A stretch of 64,000 nt of DNA from an uncultured Clostridia bacterium (GTDB lineage: Bacteria; Bacillota; Clostridia; UMGS1883). Positions 38,606 to 49,223 of this stretch are shown here, piece by piece. The position numbers and the translations under genes are program-made. Each line of letters begins with the position of its first letter. The stretch's first letter is position 1. The stretch is from contig CANPZO010000006.1 of NCBI GenBank assembly GCA_947589005.1, forward strand, positions 19,959 through 83,958, read 5' to 3'. Under the pieces are notes generated by a model, which ran no database searches, had not been told where the DNA came from, and worked only from the letters and a program-made list of their open reading frames with translations.

Positions 38606-41329
38606 ATGAAAAAAACACTCTGTCTTATACTTGTCATAACAATGGCGGCGGGGCTGCTGCCCATGGCGGCCATGGCCGCCTCGCCCATTAAAGTCGTTAT
38701 AGACGGCAGAGAGCTGAGCCCGCTGGGTTCCTTCGACGGCTGGGGCACCTCCCTGTGCTGGTGGGCGGAGACGCTGGGCGACCTGCCCGAGGCCGAAAGG
38801 CTGGAGCTTTCCAGTGCCATATTCGACCCCGTCGAGGGGCTGGGCCTTAACATAGTCCGCTACAACATAGGCGCGGGCGACGCTCCCGGCCACACTCACC
38901 AGACAGGCAACCCCAACGACCTGCGTGGACTGCCTGTCTGGGTGGACGAAAACGGCAATTTTGACCCCGACGCCGACCCCAAGCAGATAGCCTTTCTTAA
39001 GGACGCCGTGGATATGGGCGCGGATATAGTGGAGGTCTTTGCCAACTCTCCCCCCTACTATCTCACCGTCAGCGGCTGCTCCAGCGGAGGCCGAGACAGC
39101 AACGTGAACAACATAGAGCCTGAAAACTTCGGCAAATTTGCCGAATACCTGGCCACGGTTACGGCCTACATACAGAACGGCCTCGGCATACACGTGGACA
39201 GCGTGGAGCCCTTTAACGAGGCGGTCACCAACTTCTGGGGCTATGAGGGCACACAGGAGGGCTGCCACATCGACGCCGAGGACCACAGCGCCCTGATAAT
39301 GGCGGTACACAACGCCCTCCGCTCAAAGGGGCTGACGGACACCTATGTCGCGGCGGCGGACGAGAACAATTCCGACAACATGGCGGGCTATCTGGATAAA
39401 TACACCGCCGAGGCCCTCGCGGTAATGCCCCGGCTCAACGTCCACTCCTACGGCGGCAGCGGCTGGAACATCAAAAACAAGGCCGTCGAGCTGGGCAAAA
39501 AGCTCTATCAGACCGAGGACGACTGGGCGGCCAGCATCGGTCACGACGCCGGCGCCATGGGCCCGGCCATGTGGCTGAGCCAAAAGATAACCGACGACAT
39601 GAAGAGCATGGGCCCCAACGCCTGGATATACTGGCAGATAACCGGCACCGGCGCGGACAACGACAGCGGCTATTGGAACGCCTGCTCCTACGACCGTGAA
39701 AATCACGAGCTCAAGCTCTTCAAAAAATACTACGCTTTCGCCCATTTCACCAAATTCATACGGCCCGGCGACACCTTTATAACCACCGACAAAAACAACG
39801 TCATCGCCGCCCGTGACCTTGACACCGGCAAAACGGTCATCGTCATCACCAACTCCGGCCTGAGGGACGAGACCTACGACTTTGACCTGTCCGCCCTTGA
39901 AAATCTCGGCACAAGGCTGACCGTCTACCGCACCGACGAGGAGCGGGACCTCCAGCCCATAACCGGCAGCGCCGCCCTCAACGGCAAGGTGCTGCGCGCC
40001 GACGTGCCCGTGAACACCATCACCACCTATGTTATCGAAAACGAGGCCCCCGCCGCCGTCGGCAGCAAGGGTCTTACGCTGGACGCCCAGTACACGAGCT
40101 GCGCCGTGGGCGGGAGCGTTAGGTTCACGGCCAACGTGCCGGGCGGCGAGAGCGTTACCTTCTCGGCCGACGGCGGCAGCGTGGACCAAAGCGGCCTTTT
40201 CACCGCCGCTCAGCCCGGCGTGTACACCGTCACCGCCGCCATAAACGGCACTGACCTTTCCGCCTCGAAAACCGTGAACGTGTTCCGCCCCGGCGACACC
40301 GTGCGCATCGTCAGCGCCTACAGCGGGCTGGCCATTCAGGAGAAGGACGGCGGCTATGTCCAGTCGGGGGACAACGACAGCGCCTACCAGTACTGGACGG
40401 TAGGCGAAAGCGGCGGCGTCTACACCTTCACAAACCTCCGCAGCGGCAATCTGCTCTCCGACGGAGGCAGCGGAGAGTGGCGGCTCGTTCCCCAGGATAA
40501 CGGGGGCTACGCCCTGGTGAACGCCGCCAGCGGCAAGGCCATGGACGTGTACGGCAACTCCCGCGACGAGGGCACCACCGTTGGCACCTATGACCTGAGC
40601 GGCGACCCGAACCAGTGCTGGAACCTTAACTCCGGCAGCCGCGCGCCCACGGTTGACACCTTGGCCGACAGCACCGTTGTCCGCCGCCTCGTGCCCACCT
40701 CCATCGACGGCACCGCCTCCTACGGCGGCAGCGAGGAGGTCAGCTTTGAAAAAGCCTTCGACGGCGACACCTCCACCCACCATGACGCCTGGGACGGCAG
40801 CAATTCCTATCTGGTGGCAAATCTGCCCCAGAGCAGGCCCGTGACCCTTATACGCTTCTTCCCCCGGGAGGGCTTCGACTGGCGTATGTACGGCGGAAAG
40901 TTCTACGGCGTGAAGGACGGGGCGGAGACCCTGCTCTACACCGTGCCCGGCAAGCTGAAAAAGGACTGGAACGAGGTCTATATCCAAAACGACGTAATTT
41001 ATGACAGCATAATCTACCGCACCCCCGAATGGGGCCTGTGCAACGTGGCCGAGCTGGAATACTACAACGTGCCCTTCACTGCGGACATGAAGTACGAGAA
41101 CGGCGGCGTGAACATCGGCATAACGAGCTACACCGGCGAGTCCGAGCTTCGGCTTTACGTCATGTACAAAAAGAACGGCCGTCTGGCCGCAATAGACGTG
41201 GACGTAATTAAGGCCGGCCAATTCCAGAGCCTCGACCATTTCAAGCCGCTCTCCGGAGACTATGGAAGCGCCGACATCTACCTGATGGACGGCAGGGAGA
41301 TTGTCACCAGCGGATACGTTCATTTTTAG
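38606..41329 (+). CDS. secreted GH30-like glycoside hydrolase with ricin-type lectin and discoidin (F5/8 type C)-like domains
   Basis: Signal peptide. WGTSLCWWA and NIVRYNIG blocks are typical of GH30. A QxW-type ricin repeat (QYWTV..., NQCWNL) is present. The C-terminal F5/8-like segment is a family call from memory. Confidence 0.65.
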   Translation: MKKTLCLILVITMAAGLLPMAAMAASPIKVVIDGRELSPLGSFDGWGTSLCWWAETLGDLPEAERLELSSAIFDPVEGLGLNIVRYNIGAGDAPGHTHQTGNPNDLRGLPVWVDENGNFDPDADPKQIAFLKDAVDMGADIVEVFANSPPYYLTVSGCSSGGRDSNVNNIEPENFGKFAEYLATVTAYIQNGLGIHVDSVEPFNEAVTNFWGYEGTQEGCHIDAEDHSALIMAVHNALRSKGLTDTYVAAADENNSDNMAGYLDKYTAEALAVMPRLNVHSYGGSGWNIKNKAVELGKKLYQTEDDWAASIGHDAGAMGPAMWLSQKITDDMKSMGPNAWIYWQITGTGADNDSGYWNACSYDRENHELKLFKKYYAFAHFTKFIRPGDTFITTDKNNVIAARDLDTGKTVIVITNSGLRDETYDFDLSALENLGTRLTVYRTDEERDLQPITGSAALNGKVLRADVPVNTITTYVIENEAPAAVGSKGLTLDAQYTSCAVGGSVRFTANVPGGESVTFSADGGSVDQSGLFTAAQPGVYTVTAAINGTDLSASKTVNVFRPGDTVRIVSAYSGLAIQEKDGGYVQSGDNDSAYQYWTVGESGGVYTFTNLRSGNLLSDGGSGEWRLVPQDNGGYALVNAASGKAMDVYGNSRDEGTTVGTYDLSGDPNQCWNLNSGSRAPTVDTLADSTVVRRLVPTSIDGTASYGGSEEVSFEKAFDGDTSTHHDAWDGSNSYLVANLPQSRPVTLIRFFPREGFDWRMYGGKFYGVKDGAETLLYTVPGKLKKDWNEVYIQNDVIYDSIIYRTPEWGLCNVAELEYYNVPFTADMKYENGGVNIGITSYTGESELRLYVMYKKNGRLAAIDVDVIKAGQFQSLDHFKPLSGDYGSADIYLMDGREIVTSGYVHF

Positions 41330-41408
41330 GGGGCCGGGAAAAAATCACGCAGACCGTCAGCGTCGGGGCAAATAATATAACGCTTTTTCCTACTTTTTCA
41401 AATTTTTT

Positions 41409-41435
41409 CGGCGGCTTGAGGGCAAGCCGCCCTAC
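41409..41435 (-). repeat. REP-like element (GTAG plus hairpin)
   Basis: The reverse complement reads GTAGGGCGGCTTGCCCTCAAGCCGCCG. A degenerate plus-strand GTAG unit starts at 41455. Confidence 0.85.
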
Positions 41436-41617
41436 GCTACCGTAACAAAGTGGTGTAGGGCGATTGCAAGGGGTCGGCCGGAAAAATCGCGTAGAACGGT
41501 CGAAAATCAGCTCTCGCAGGCGGCGGGCGAAGCCCGACGCCGAGAAAGCCCTCCCGACGGCGTACACAGGTACGCCGAGGGTGATTTTCGGCCGTAGTCC
41601 AAGGGATAATATTAAAG

Positions 41618-41648
41618 AAAATCCGCTCGCAAGGAGCGGATTTTCTAC
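41618..41648 (-). terminator. terminator of the ABC gene with GTAG-hairpin architecture
   Basis: The minus strand reads GTAG-AAAATCCGCTC-CTTGC-GAGCGGATTTT followed by a U-rich tract. Near-twin of 44794-44824. Confidence 0.65.
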
Positions 41649-41756
41649 ACAAATAAGTTGAAAGTTACAGTTATGAGCTAATTTTACGATATTCACTATT
41701 ACACTATAAAAACATATATCCCTTGGACGATCTACGTGATTTTAACGCCGACCCCC

Positions 41757-43481
41757 CTATTCCGTTTCGTTGGCAAAATATAACCGCTTGTACATTCCGC
41801 CCTTGGCGATGAGCTCCTTATGGGTGCCGGTCTCGCATACGGCGCCCTTGTCGATAACGGCTATCTTGTCGGCGTTGCGTATGGTGGACAGGCGGTGGGC
41901 GATTATTATCGTCGTGCGGTTTTGAATGACCTTGTCTATGGCCTCGTGGATGAGGCGCTCGGTGGAGTTGTCCACCGCGGCGGTGGCCTCGTCAAGAATT
42001 AGGATGGGCTTGTTGCGCAGTATGGCGCGGGCGATGGCGATGCGCTGCTTCTGTCCGCCGCTGAGCTTGACGCCCCTCTCGCCCACTATTGTGTCGTAGC
42101 CCTGCTCCATCTCCATGATGAAGTCGTGGGCGTTGGCCACCCTCGCGGCGGCCTCTATCTCCTCGTCGGTGGGGTTGTCGGCGCCGTAGGCGATATTATC
42201 GCGGGCGGTGCCGTGGAACAGGAACACGTCCTGAAGCACCATGGAAATATTGTCGTGGAGGGACTTAAGGCTGAGGTCCCTGAGGTCAACGCCGTCGAGG
42301 GTAACCCGACCCGCCGAGGGGTCGTAAAACCGGGCCACAAGGCTGGCGATAGTGGTCTTGCCCACGCCGGTGGGACCCACGAGGGCCACGGTCTCGCCGC
42401 TCCTTATGTCGAGGTTGAAGTCCCGCAGCACCGGAGAGCCGTCGATGTACTCAAAGTCCACGTTTTCAAAACGTATGTCGCCCTTGGCCTCCGTCAGCTC
42501 GACGGGGTTTTCCGCCTCGGGGACGTCGGTTTTTTCCTCCAAAAGCTCAAAGATTCGCTCGCCGGCGGCGAGGGAATCCTGCAGGTCCTCGTTGAGGCGG
42601 GCAAGGTTGTTGATGGGAGTGTAAAGCGAGCTGAGATAAAGTATAAAGGCCACTATCTCGCCCGCGTCCACGCCCTTTGTGGCAAGGACGCCGCCGATGG
42701 CGATGACCAGCACCGTGCCCACCTGATTTAAAAAGGCGATAAAGGGGTGGATAAAGGCGCTGCGGGTCAGGGCCATGATGTTGTATTTAGTGAAATTCCG
42801 GCTGGCCTCGGCAAAGTGCTCCAGTTCCCTCTCCTGCCGGTTAAAGACCTGTATTTCCTTCACGCCGGAAATGTTGTCCTGGAGAACGCCGGACAGCTCG
42901 GCCAGGTACTGGTGGCGCTGCTTGAACAGGGGCCGCACCTTCACCGCGTAGACCCACACGCCCACGCCCACAAGGGGAATGACCGCCACGCTGACGGCGG
43001 CGAGGGTGACGTTCATCATGAAAAGCATCACCGAAACGCCGATAAACATCACCACTCCGGCCAGGGCGTCGGCGCTGGCGTGAGCGATGAAAAGCTCCAT
43101 TTTATCGGTGTCGCTGATGACGCGGCTCATGAGCTGGCCGGTCTGCTTGTCGTTGAAAAAGCGCATGGACAGGCGCTGTATGTGGTCGTAGAGCTTGAGC
43201 CGAAGGTCGTGTACAAAGCTCCACGCCGCCTTGTGGGAGGCGAAGGTCCTGAGGAACGAGGTTAGCCACTGGAGCGCCGACACGCCCAGGAACGCAACCG
43301 CCATGCGCGCCGCCTTCCGCGGCAGAAGAGGGTCTTGGGCGCTGATAAGCCCTATCAGCCGCCGCACCACCTGGGGCAGGTAAAGCCCCAGCAGGCTGTT
43401 GCCGATGATGGCAATCACGGTGATTATCAGCAGCCACCAGTATTTTTTGGCTTCCTTAAGTATCTTTACAGCGGTTTTCAC
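41757..43481 (-). CDS. ABC transporter, fused permease/ATPase (exporter type)
   Basis: Six N-terminal TM segments. Walker A GPTGVGKTT, signature LSGGQKQR, Walker B ILILDE. Confidence 0.9.
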   Translation of the reverse strand: MKTAVKILKEAKKYWWLLIITVIAIIGNSLLGLYLPQVVRRLIGLISAQDPLLPRKAARMAVAFLGVSALQWLTSFLRTFASHKAAWSFVHDLRLKLYDHIQRLSMRFFNDKQTGQLMSRVISDTDKMELFIAHASADALAGVVMFIGVSVMLFMMNVTLAAVSVAVIPLVGVGVWVYAVKVRPLFKQRHQYLAELSGVLQDNISGVKEIQVFNRQERELEHFAEASRNFTKYNIMALTRSAFIHPFIAFLNQVGTVLVIAIGGVLATKGVDAGEIVAFILYLSSLYTPINNLARLNEDLQDSLAAGERIFELLEEKTDVPEAENPVELTEAKGDIRFENVDFEYIDGSPVLRDFNLDIRSGETVALVGPTGVGKTTIASLVARFYDPSAGRVTLDGVDLRDLSLKSLHDNISMVLQDVFLFHGTARDNIAYGADNPTDEEIEAAARVANAHDFIMEMEQGYDTIVGERGVKLSGGQKQRIAIARAILRNKPILILDEATAAVDNSTERLIHEAIDKVIQNRTTIIIAHRLSTIRNADKIAVIDKGAVCETGTHKELIAKGGMYKRLYFANETE

Positions 43482-43504
43482 GGTATCTCTCCTTCGTCAT
43501 ACTG

Positions 43505-44713
43505 TCAGCTGAAGTATGATTTATATTCGATGCGGTGCTTGCTTTTGGGGAAAAGCTCCCTGTGCAGGGCTACAAAATAGTCGTCGGTCATGCTGGCGAT
43601 ATAGTCCGCCACTATCTGGTTGGGCTCCTCGGTCCGATAGTCGAAATCCTGATAATACTTTACGTTTTCTTCTATATGACGGATATGGTGGCGGTAGACG
43701 ATGGTGTCCTCACCGCCGCTTTTCACGTCCCTGAGCAGTCTTTCATACAGCTCGGCGAACATGGGACGGATGGTGCCCTCGTACATTTTGTTCACGTCCT
43801 TGTTGAAATAGATGACCTCGCCGTTCTCCCGCTTGGCGGTGCGCAGGTCCTCGTATGCCTCGGCCCCCAGGCGGATATAGTCGTGCCCGTAGCTGTTTTC
43901 CACTATGTCCACCACAAGGTTGTTTATCATCGGGGCGTTTTTGGTGCCGATTATCTGCGCGGAAAACGGATAATTTTCATCTATTATCTTGGCGGTGACC
44001 GCGTCCTGACGGTCCTTGCCCACGTAGGCTATCATGTCGCTTATCCGGACGACGCAGCCCTCGAGGGTCGAGGGCACAAGGCTCTTTATGGCCGCGTCGC
44101 CGCCGGTGTAGCAGCTTTCGACGTTCCTGTCATATTCCTCAAAGCCCGAGAGGGGACGGGGGCGGTACTCCTTCATCTCAAACTCCCCGTTGTGGCAGAG
44201 AATTCCGTCGAGGGTCTGGAGGCTGACGTTGCGGCGGTAGAGCACGTCCAGCACCCGCGTGCTGTGGACGTTGTGATTGAAGTAACGGCCGGTGTTGGCG
44301 TAAAGAAGCTCGCTGAGGTACTTTTCCCCCGCGTGGCCGAAGGGAGTGTGGCCCAGGTCGTGGCCCAGGGCCATGGCCTCGATAAGGTCGAGGTTCAGCC
44401 CCAGCAGCCGCCCGATGTTGCGGGCGATGCGGGACACAAGCTGGACATGGAGGCCCCGGCGGGTGATGTCGTCGTTGAGGTAAAAGGAAAAGACCTGGGT
44501 CTTGTCGTTGTAGCGGTTGTAGGTGGGGAGGTGCAGTATCTTTTCGATATCGCGGATAAAGGCCGGTCTGAGGAGATTGGTCTTATCCCGGCTCATGTCG
44601 CGGCGCACCGCGTCCTCGTCCCGAAAGCGCAGGGGATTGACGGCGCCGTTTTTCCTGTCCTCAAGTATGCGGCTTTCTAACTGGGGAGACAGCTTTTTAT
44701 ATTTTATATCCAT
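43505..44713 (-). CDS. HD-domain dNTP triphosphohydrolase-like protein (dGTPase family)
   Basis: ALGHDLGHTPFGHAGE motif. ~400 aa. Confidence 0.75.
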   Translation of the reverse strand: MDIKYKKLSPQLESRILEDRKNGAVNPLRFRDEDAVRRDMSRDKTNLLRPAFIRDIEKILHLPTYNRYNDKTQVFSFYLNDDITRRGLHVQLVSRIARNIGRLLGLNLDLIEAMALGHDLGHTPFGHAGEKYLSELLYANTGRYFNHNVHSTRVLDVLYRRNVSLQTLDGILCHNGEFEMKEYRPRPLSGFEEYDRNVESCYTGGDAAIKSLVPSTLEGCVVRISDMIAYVGKDRQDAVTAKIIDENYPFSAQIIGTKNAPMINNLVVDIVENSYGHDYIRLGAEAYEDLRTAKRENGEVIYFNKDVNKMYEGTIRPMFAELYERLLRDVKSGGEDTIVYRHHIRHIEENVKYYQDFDYRTEEPNQIVADYIASMTDDYFVALHRELFPKSKHRIEYKSYFS

Positions 44714-44793
44714 GGCTCAACCACCTTTGACAAAATTAATTAAAAACGGCTCCGGAGGGGGGAATTTCTTCGCGGTCAAGGGCGTAAAATTGA

Positions 44794-44824
44794 GAAAATT
44801 CGCTCGTAAGGGCGAATTTTCTAC
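44794..44824 (-). terminator. terminator of fba with GTAG-hairpin architecture
   Basis: The minus strand reads GTAG-AAAATTCGC-CCTTACGA-GCGAATTTT followed by a U-rich tract. Confidence 0.65.
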
Positions 44825-44883
44825 ACTAATTCATTTTTATTTTCACCGGCCGGCCGCGCAATCCGCCGGCCAAAACGGGCTTT

Positions 44884-45747
44884 TTACGCTTTGCCCACGC
44901 TGCCGAAAAGCTCCATCTTTTCCTTGACGGTGGCCTTGATTGCCTCCGCGCCGGGAGCCAGCAGCTTTCTGGGGTCGAAGCCCTTGCCCTGAAGGTCCTT
45001 GCCGGCCTCGATATACTCGCGGGTGGCGGCGGCAAAAGCCAGCTGGCACTCGGTGTTTACGTTTATCTTGGCCACGCCAAGGTCGATGGCCTTCTTTATC
45101 ATATCCTCGGGGATACCGGTGCCGCCGTGGAGTACCAGGGGCATATTGCCGGTCTTGGCCTTGATTGCCTCGAGAGCGTCGAAGCGGAGGCCGGGCCAGT
45201 TTTCGGGATATTTGCCGTGTATGTTGCCGATGCCGGCGGCCAGCATGGTCACGCCAAGGTCGGCTATCCTCTTGCACTCTTCGGGGTCGGCAACCTCGCC
45301 GCCGCCGATAACGCCGTCCTCTTCGCCGCCGATGCTGCCCACCTCGGCCTCGAGGGAAAGTCCCTTCTGGGCGCATATCTTAACAAGCTCGGTGGTTTTG
45401 GCGACGTTTTCCTCGATGGGATAGTGAGAACCGTCGAACATAACGGAGGAGAAGCCCGCCTCGATGCACTTGAGGGCGCCCTCGTAGCTGCCGTGGTCAA
45501 GATGCAGAGCGACGGGAACCGTTATCTTAAGCTCCTCGAGCATACCGTTTACCATGCCGACAACGGTCCTGTAGCCGGTCATGTACTTGCCCGCGCCCTC
45601 GCTCACGCCCAGTATAACGGGCGACCTGAGCTCCTCGGCGGTGAGCAGGATAGACTTTGTCCATTCAAGGTTGTTGATGTTGAACTGACCCACGGCGTAA
45701 TGGCCGTCACGGGCCTTTTCAAGCATTTCTTTAGCGGAAACCAACAT
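44884..45747 (-). CDS. fba: class II fructose-1,6-bisphosphate aldolase
   Basis: AVGQFNINN...LHLDHG...LVLHGGTG. Confidence 0.95.
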   Translation of the reverse strand: MLVSAKEMLEKARDGHYAVGQFNINNLEWTKSILLTAEELRSPVILGVSEGAGKYMTGYRTVVGMVNGMLEELKITVPVALHLDHGSYEGALKCIEAGFSSVMFDGSHYPIEENVAKTTELVKICAQKGLSLEAEVGSIGGEEDGVIGGGEVADPEECKRIADLGVTMLAAGIGNIHGKYPENWPGLRFDALEAIKAKTGNMPLVLHGGTGIPEDMIKKAIDLGVAKINVNTECQLAFAAATREYIEAGKDLQGKGFDPRKLLAPGAEAIKATVKEKMELFGSVGKA

Positions 45748-45868
45748 TTCGATTACCTCCTGAATTAGTAATGTATAAAGAAAAATTTAAAAGCATTTTC
45801 TTTCACTATGTATTATGACATATTTTGCCCTTTTTGTCAATAGTATAAAACGCCTATATTTTCACGTC

Positions 45869-46483
45869 TCAGTCCCGGGCCTTATTATACATATTGAGGC
45901 TGTGCAGCGCCACGGAGCCCAAGCCGTTGAACAGGGACACCACCGCCACAAAGAGGAGCATCCTGCCGGCGCCGCCGATATCCGCCGCCGCCAGAACCGC
46001 GTAGCCCATATCGGCTATGCTGTGCTCGAAGCCGGAGATGATGAAGGTGGGTATGCAGAGGAAGATGCCCACAATTTTGCCCACGGCGCTGGGATTTGAG
46101 GCATAGTTTTCAACGGCCAGATACATGAGGAAGCCGCAGAACAGGGCGGACACCGCTATCGACAGCCAGCCGTTTTCGAGCTTCGCGTCCATAAGCTTCG
46201 CCGACGCCTCGGCAAGCTGAGGCTTGGCCAGGCGTATAAGGCCCGCACCAACCACGCAGCCCGCCAGATTGCCCAGCCATATGACAAGGCAGTTGGGGTC
46301 GTTGCGCTTTTGTATCACATAGCCTATCTTGCCGGTGAACAAATTCATGCCGAAGGCGCAGATGAAAAACAGGGCGATTGAGAACAGGAAAGCCCCGACT
46401 ATCTTGTTTGGACAGGCCAGATAAACCGTAACGCCAAGGACTATCATAAGTCCGGAGGCCACGGCTTTGGTAAAGGTCCGCAT
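45869..46483 (-). CDS. formate/nitrite transporter (FNT) family-like membrane protein
   Basis: Six hydrophobic segments and GFEHSIADM, similar to the FNT FEHSVANM motif. Short for the family. Confidence 0.6.
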   Translation of the reverse strand: MRTFTKAVASGLMIVLGVTVYLACPNKIVGAFLFSIALFFICAFGMNLFTGKIGYVIQKRNDPNCLVIWLGNLAGCVVGAGLIRLAKPQLAEASAKLMDAKLENGWLSIAVSALFCGFLMYLAVENYASNPSAVGKIVGIFLCIPTFIISGFEHSIADMGYAVLAAADIGGAGRMLLFVAVVSLFNGLGSVALHSLNMYNKARD

Positions 46484-46518
46484 ATTTATCCTCCCTTTCC
46501 GGCGTATGGACGGGGCGC

Positions 46519-48255
46519 TTACTCTATCCCCGCGGCATCGACGACGGCGGTCATTATCTCGTCCAGCTTCGCCTTTGCCCGGGCGCGGTCGGCCTCGCTG
46601 TAGCCGAAGTAAAATTTTATCTTGGGCTCGGTGCCGCTGGGACGCACGGCCACCCAGCCGCTATTGTCCCCGCCGCCAAGCTCAAAATATATCATATTGT
46701 TGAGGGGCTGATTTGTGCGGCCCTCGGCGCCGTCGGCATACTTTATCACGCCGGTGCTGTAGTCGCGGACGGCCTTCACGCGCACGCCCGCGAGGCTGTC
46801 GGGGGTCTTGGTGCGGAGCCTTTCGATGATGGCGGTTATCTTTGCGCCGCCGTCAAGACCGGTAAAGTAGAAGTTGCGCACGCCCTCGCAGAAGGTGCCG
46901 TACTTTTTATACAGGGCCTCCATTGCGTCGTAAAGGGTCATGCCCTTTTCCTTATAATGGGCGGCCATTTCGGTGATGAGCATGGAGGCCACCACCGCGT
47001 CCTTGTCGCGGACATAGGTGCCGCTGAGATAGCCGTAGCTCTCCTCAAAGCCGAAAACGTAGTTTTTCTTGTTGCCGTCCTCTTCAAACTCCTTTATCTT
47101 TTCGCCGATGAACTTAAAGCCCGTCAGCACCTCCATCAGCTCGACGCCGTACTCGCGGGCCACGGGACGAAGCATCTCCGTGGTGACGACAGTCTTTATG
47201 AGCACGGGATTTTCGGGCATGAGGCCCTTTTCCCTCCGCATGGAAAGGATGTACTCACTGAGCAGCACGCCGGTCTGGTTGCCGGTGAGGGTAACGTAAT
47301 TGCCCTCGTTGTCGCGCACGACTATGCCCACACGGTCAGAATCCGGGTCGGTGCCGATGATAAGGTCGGAGTTGTGAGCCTTGGCCAGCCCCACGCCGAT
47401 GGAGAAAACCTCGCGGTTTTCGGGGTTGGGGGTCTCCACCGTGGGGAAGTCGCCGTCAGGCTGCTCCTGCTCCTTGACCACAATGACGTTTTTCATGCCG
47501 CATTTGTCCAAAATACGGCGGACAAGCTTGTTCCCGCTGCCGTGAAGGGGAGTGTACACTATGCTGAAATCGTCGGCAACGCGGGGAATTACCTCCCTGT
47601 CGATGGCCTGCTCGTAAACCTTTTCGATATAGGGCGCGTCGATGTCCTCGCCTATGTAGGTGAGGAGGCCCTTGCGGACGGCCTCGTCCGGATCCATGAG
47701 CTTCACGCCCTCGAAGATGTCGATGCTCTTTATGGCCTCGGCCACGACGTTGGCGTCGTCGGGCGGCAGCTGGCCCCCGTCGGCCCCGTAGACCTTGTAG
47801 CCGTTGTATTCCTTGGAATTGTGGCTGGCGGTGATAACTATGCCCGAGATACAGCCCAGATGCCGCACGGCAAAGCTCAGCTCGGGCGTGGGCCGCAGCT
47901 CGTCGAAAAGGTAGGTCTTTATGCCGTTGGCGCAGAGCACCCGCGCGCTTTCCAGAGCGAACTCGGGGCTGAAGTTGCGGCTGTCATAGGCGATGGCCAC
48001 GCCCTTATCCTGACCGCCGGCGTCGATTATCCACTTTGCCAGTCCCTGAGTGGCCTGGCGCACGGTATGGACGTTCATCCTGCCGCAGCCCGCGCCTATC
48101 TTGTCGCGGAGACCGGCGGTGCCGAAGGCGAGGGTCTTTTCAAACCTGGCGCGGATAGCCGCGTCGTCGTCCTCTATCAGCAGCAGTTCACGGCGAAGAG
48201 CCTTGTCGAGCTTTTCGCTGCTCAGCCAGTGATCGTATCTTTCTCTATAAGTCAT
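46519..48255 (-). CDS. phosphoglucomutase/phosphomannomutase family protein
   Basis: Active-site TASHNSKEYNGYK and the metal loop GTDPDSDR. Confidence 0.9.
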   Translation of the reverse strand: MTYRERYDHWLSSEKLDKALRRELLLIEDDDAAIRARFEKTLAFGTAGLRDKIGAGCGRMNVHTVRQATQGLAKWIIDAGGQDKGVAIAYDSRNFSPEFALESARVLCANGIKTYLFDELRPTPELSFAVRHLGCISGIVITASHNSKEYNGYKVYGADGGQLPPDDANVVAEAIKSIDIFEGVKLMDPDEAVRKGLLTYIGEDIDAPYIEKVYEQAIDREVIPRVADDFSIVYTPLHGSGNKLVRRILDKCGMKNVIVVKEQEQPDGDFPTVETPNPENREVFSIGVGLAKAHNSDLIIGTDPDSDRVGIVVRDNEGNYVTLTGNQTGVLLSEYILSMRREKGLMPENPVLIKTVVTTEMLRPVAREYGVELMEVLTGFKFIGEKIKEFEEDGNKKNYVFGFEESYGYLSGTYVRDKDAVVASMLITEMAAHYKEKGMTLYDAMEALYKKYGTFCEGVRNFYFTGLDGGAKITAIIERLRTKTPDSLAGVRVKAVRDYSTGVIKYADGAEGRTNQPLNNMIYFELGGGDNSGWVAVRPSGTEPKIKFYFGYSEADRARAKAKLDEIMTAVVDAAGIE

Positions 48256-48270
48256 AGCGATACCTCCAAA

Positions 48271-49113
48271 TCAGTTGTTAAGAAATCTTCGCTTGGCCTT
48301 TGTGGCGCCGCGCATAATGGACTTAAGGGCCTCCCTGTCCTCGGCCATGACCGCGCCGCGTATGCGGCCCAGACTGCCGCACAGCTCGTCTATGAGCTTC
48401 GACAGGGCCTCCTTGTTAAGCACAAAAAGCTCGCTCCACAGCTCCTCGTTGAGTATGGCCACACGGGTGCAGTCCCGAAGGCTGCCGGCGCTGTACATGG
48501 CGCTTTTCTCAATATGCTCGTTGTCGCACAGGGCCACCGCCACCGCGTGCATGAGCTGGGAGGTGTAGGCTATCATCTCGTCGTGGTCCTCGGGGGAGGT
48601 GTTGATTATATTTGCCGCGCCGATGTGACGGGCGAATTCCTCCATTATCTCAATGCCGGGGCGTTTGGTCCGCTTGGTGGCGGCGATGATGAAATTACAG
48701 CGGCTGAACATATCCCCGAGGGAATTGGCATAGCCGCTGAGCTCGCGCCCGGCCATGGGGTGGCAGCCCACAAAATACAAATCCTCTCTCAGCCCCGCCT
48801 CCACGGGATATACCACGGGACATTTCACGCCGCAAACGTCGGCGATGACGGCGCCGCTTTTCATGTACTTCTGATTTTCAAGTATAAAGTCCACCGTGGC
48901 CTTGGCGTAAAGCGCCACTATTATAAGGTCGCTGGCGGCTATGATGTCCCGAACGTCCGCCGTCCGGTTGACGATAACGCCGTCCTCGGCGGCCTTGGCC
49001 ACAACGGACAAATCGGTGTCGATGCCGTAAACCCGGCAGTCGTGGAAGCCCTTGGCGGCCTTGGCCATGCTTCCGCCGATAAGTCCAAGCCCCACAACGG
49101 TCACATTGTACAT
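48271..49113 (-). CDS. tyrA: prephenate dehydrogenase
   Basis: VVGLGLIGGS Rossmann motif and ...GCHPMAG. ATG 49113 preferred. Confidence 0.85.
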   Translation of the reverse strand: MYNVTVVGLGLIGGSMAKAAKGFHDCRVYGIDTDLSVVAKAAEDGVIVNRTADVRDIIAASDLIIVALYAKATVDFILENQKYMKSGAVIADVCGVKCPVVYPVEAGLREDLYFVGCHPMAGRELSGYANSLGDMFSRCNFIIAATKRTKRPGIEIMEEFARHIGAANIINTSPEDHDEMIAYTSQLMHAVAVALCDNEHIEKSAMYSAGSLRDCTRVAILNEELWSELFVLNKEALSKLIDELCGSLGRIRGAVMAEDREALKSIMRGATKAKRRFLNN

Positions 49114-49223
49114 GATAAACACCCGCCTTTTGTACCGAGATTGTTAAAAAATTATCATACTTTACTCTATTTTACATTATACTATATTGAGGCCGTTTTG
49201 CATAGCCTAATCTTGCACAAACT

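Noticed and set aside
43505-44713. The dGTPase-family HD protein as an anti-phage dNTP-depletion defence gene.
   Set aside because: It sits in GC-typical core DNA, apparently in an operon with an ABC exporter, with no mobile-element or defence-island context. It most likely has a housekeeping dNTP triphosphohydrolase-like function. This cannot be decided from sequence alone.
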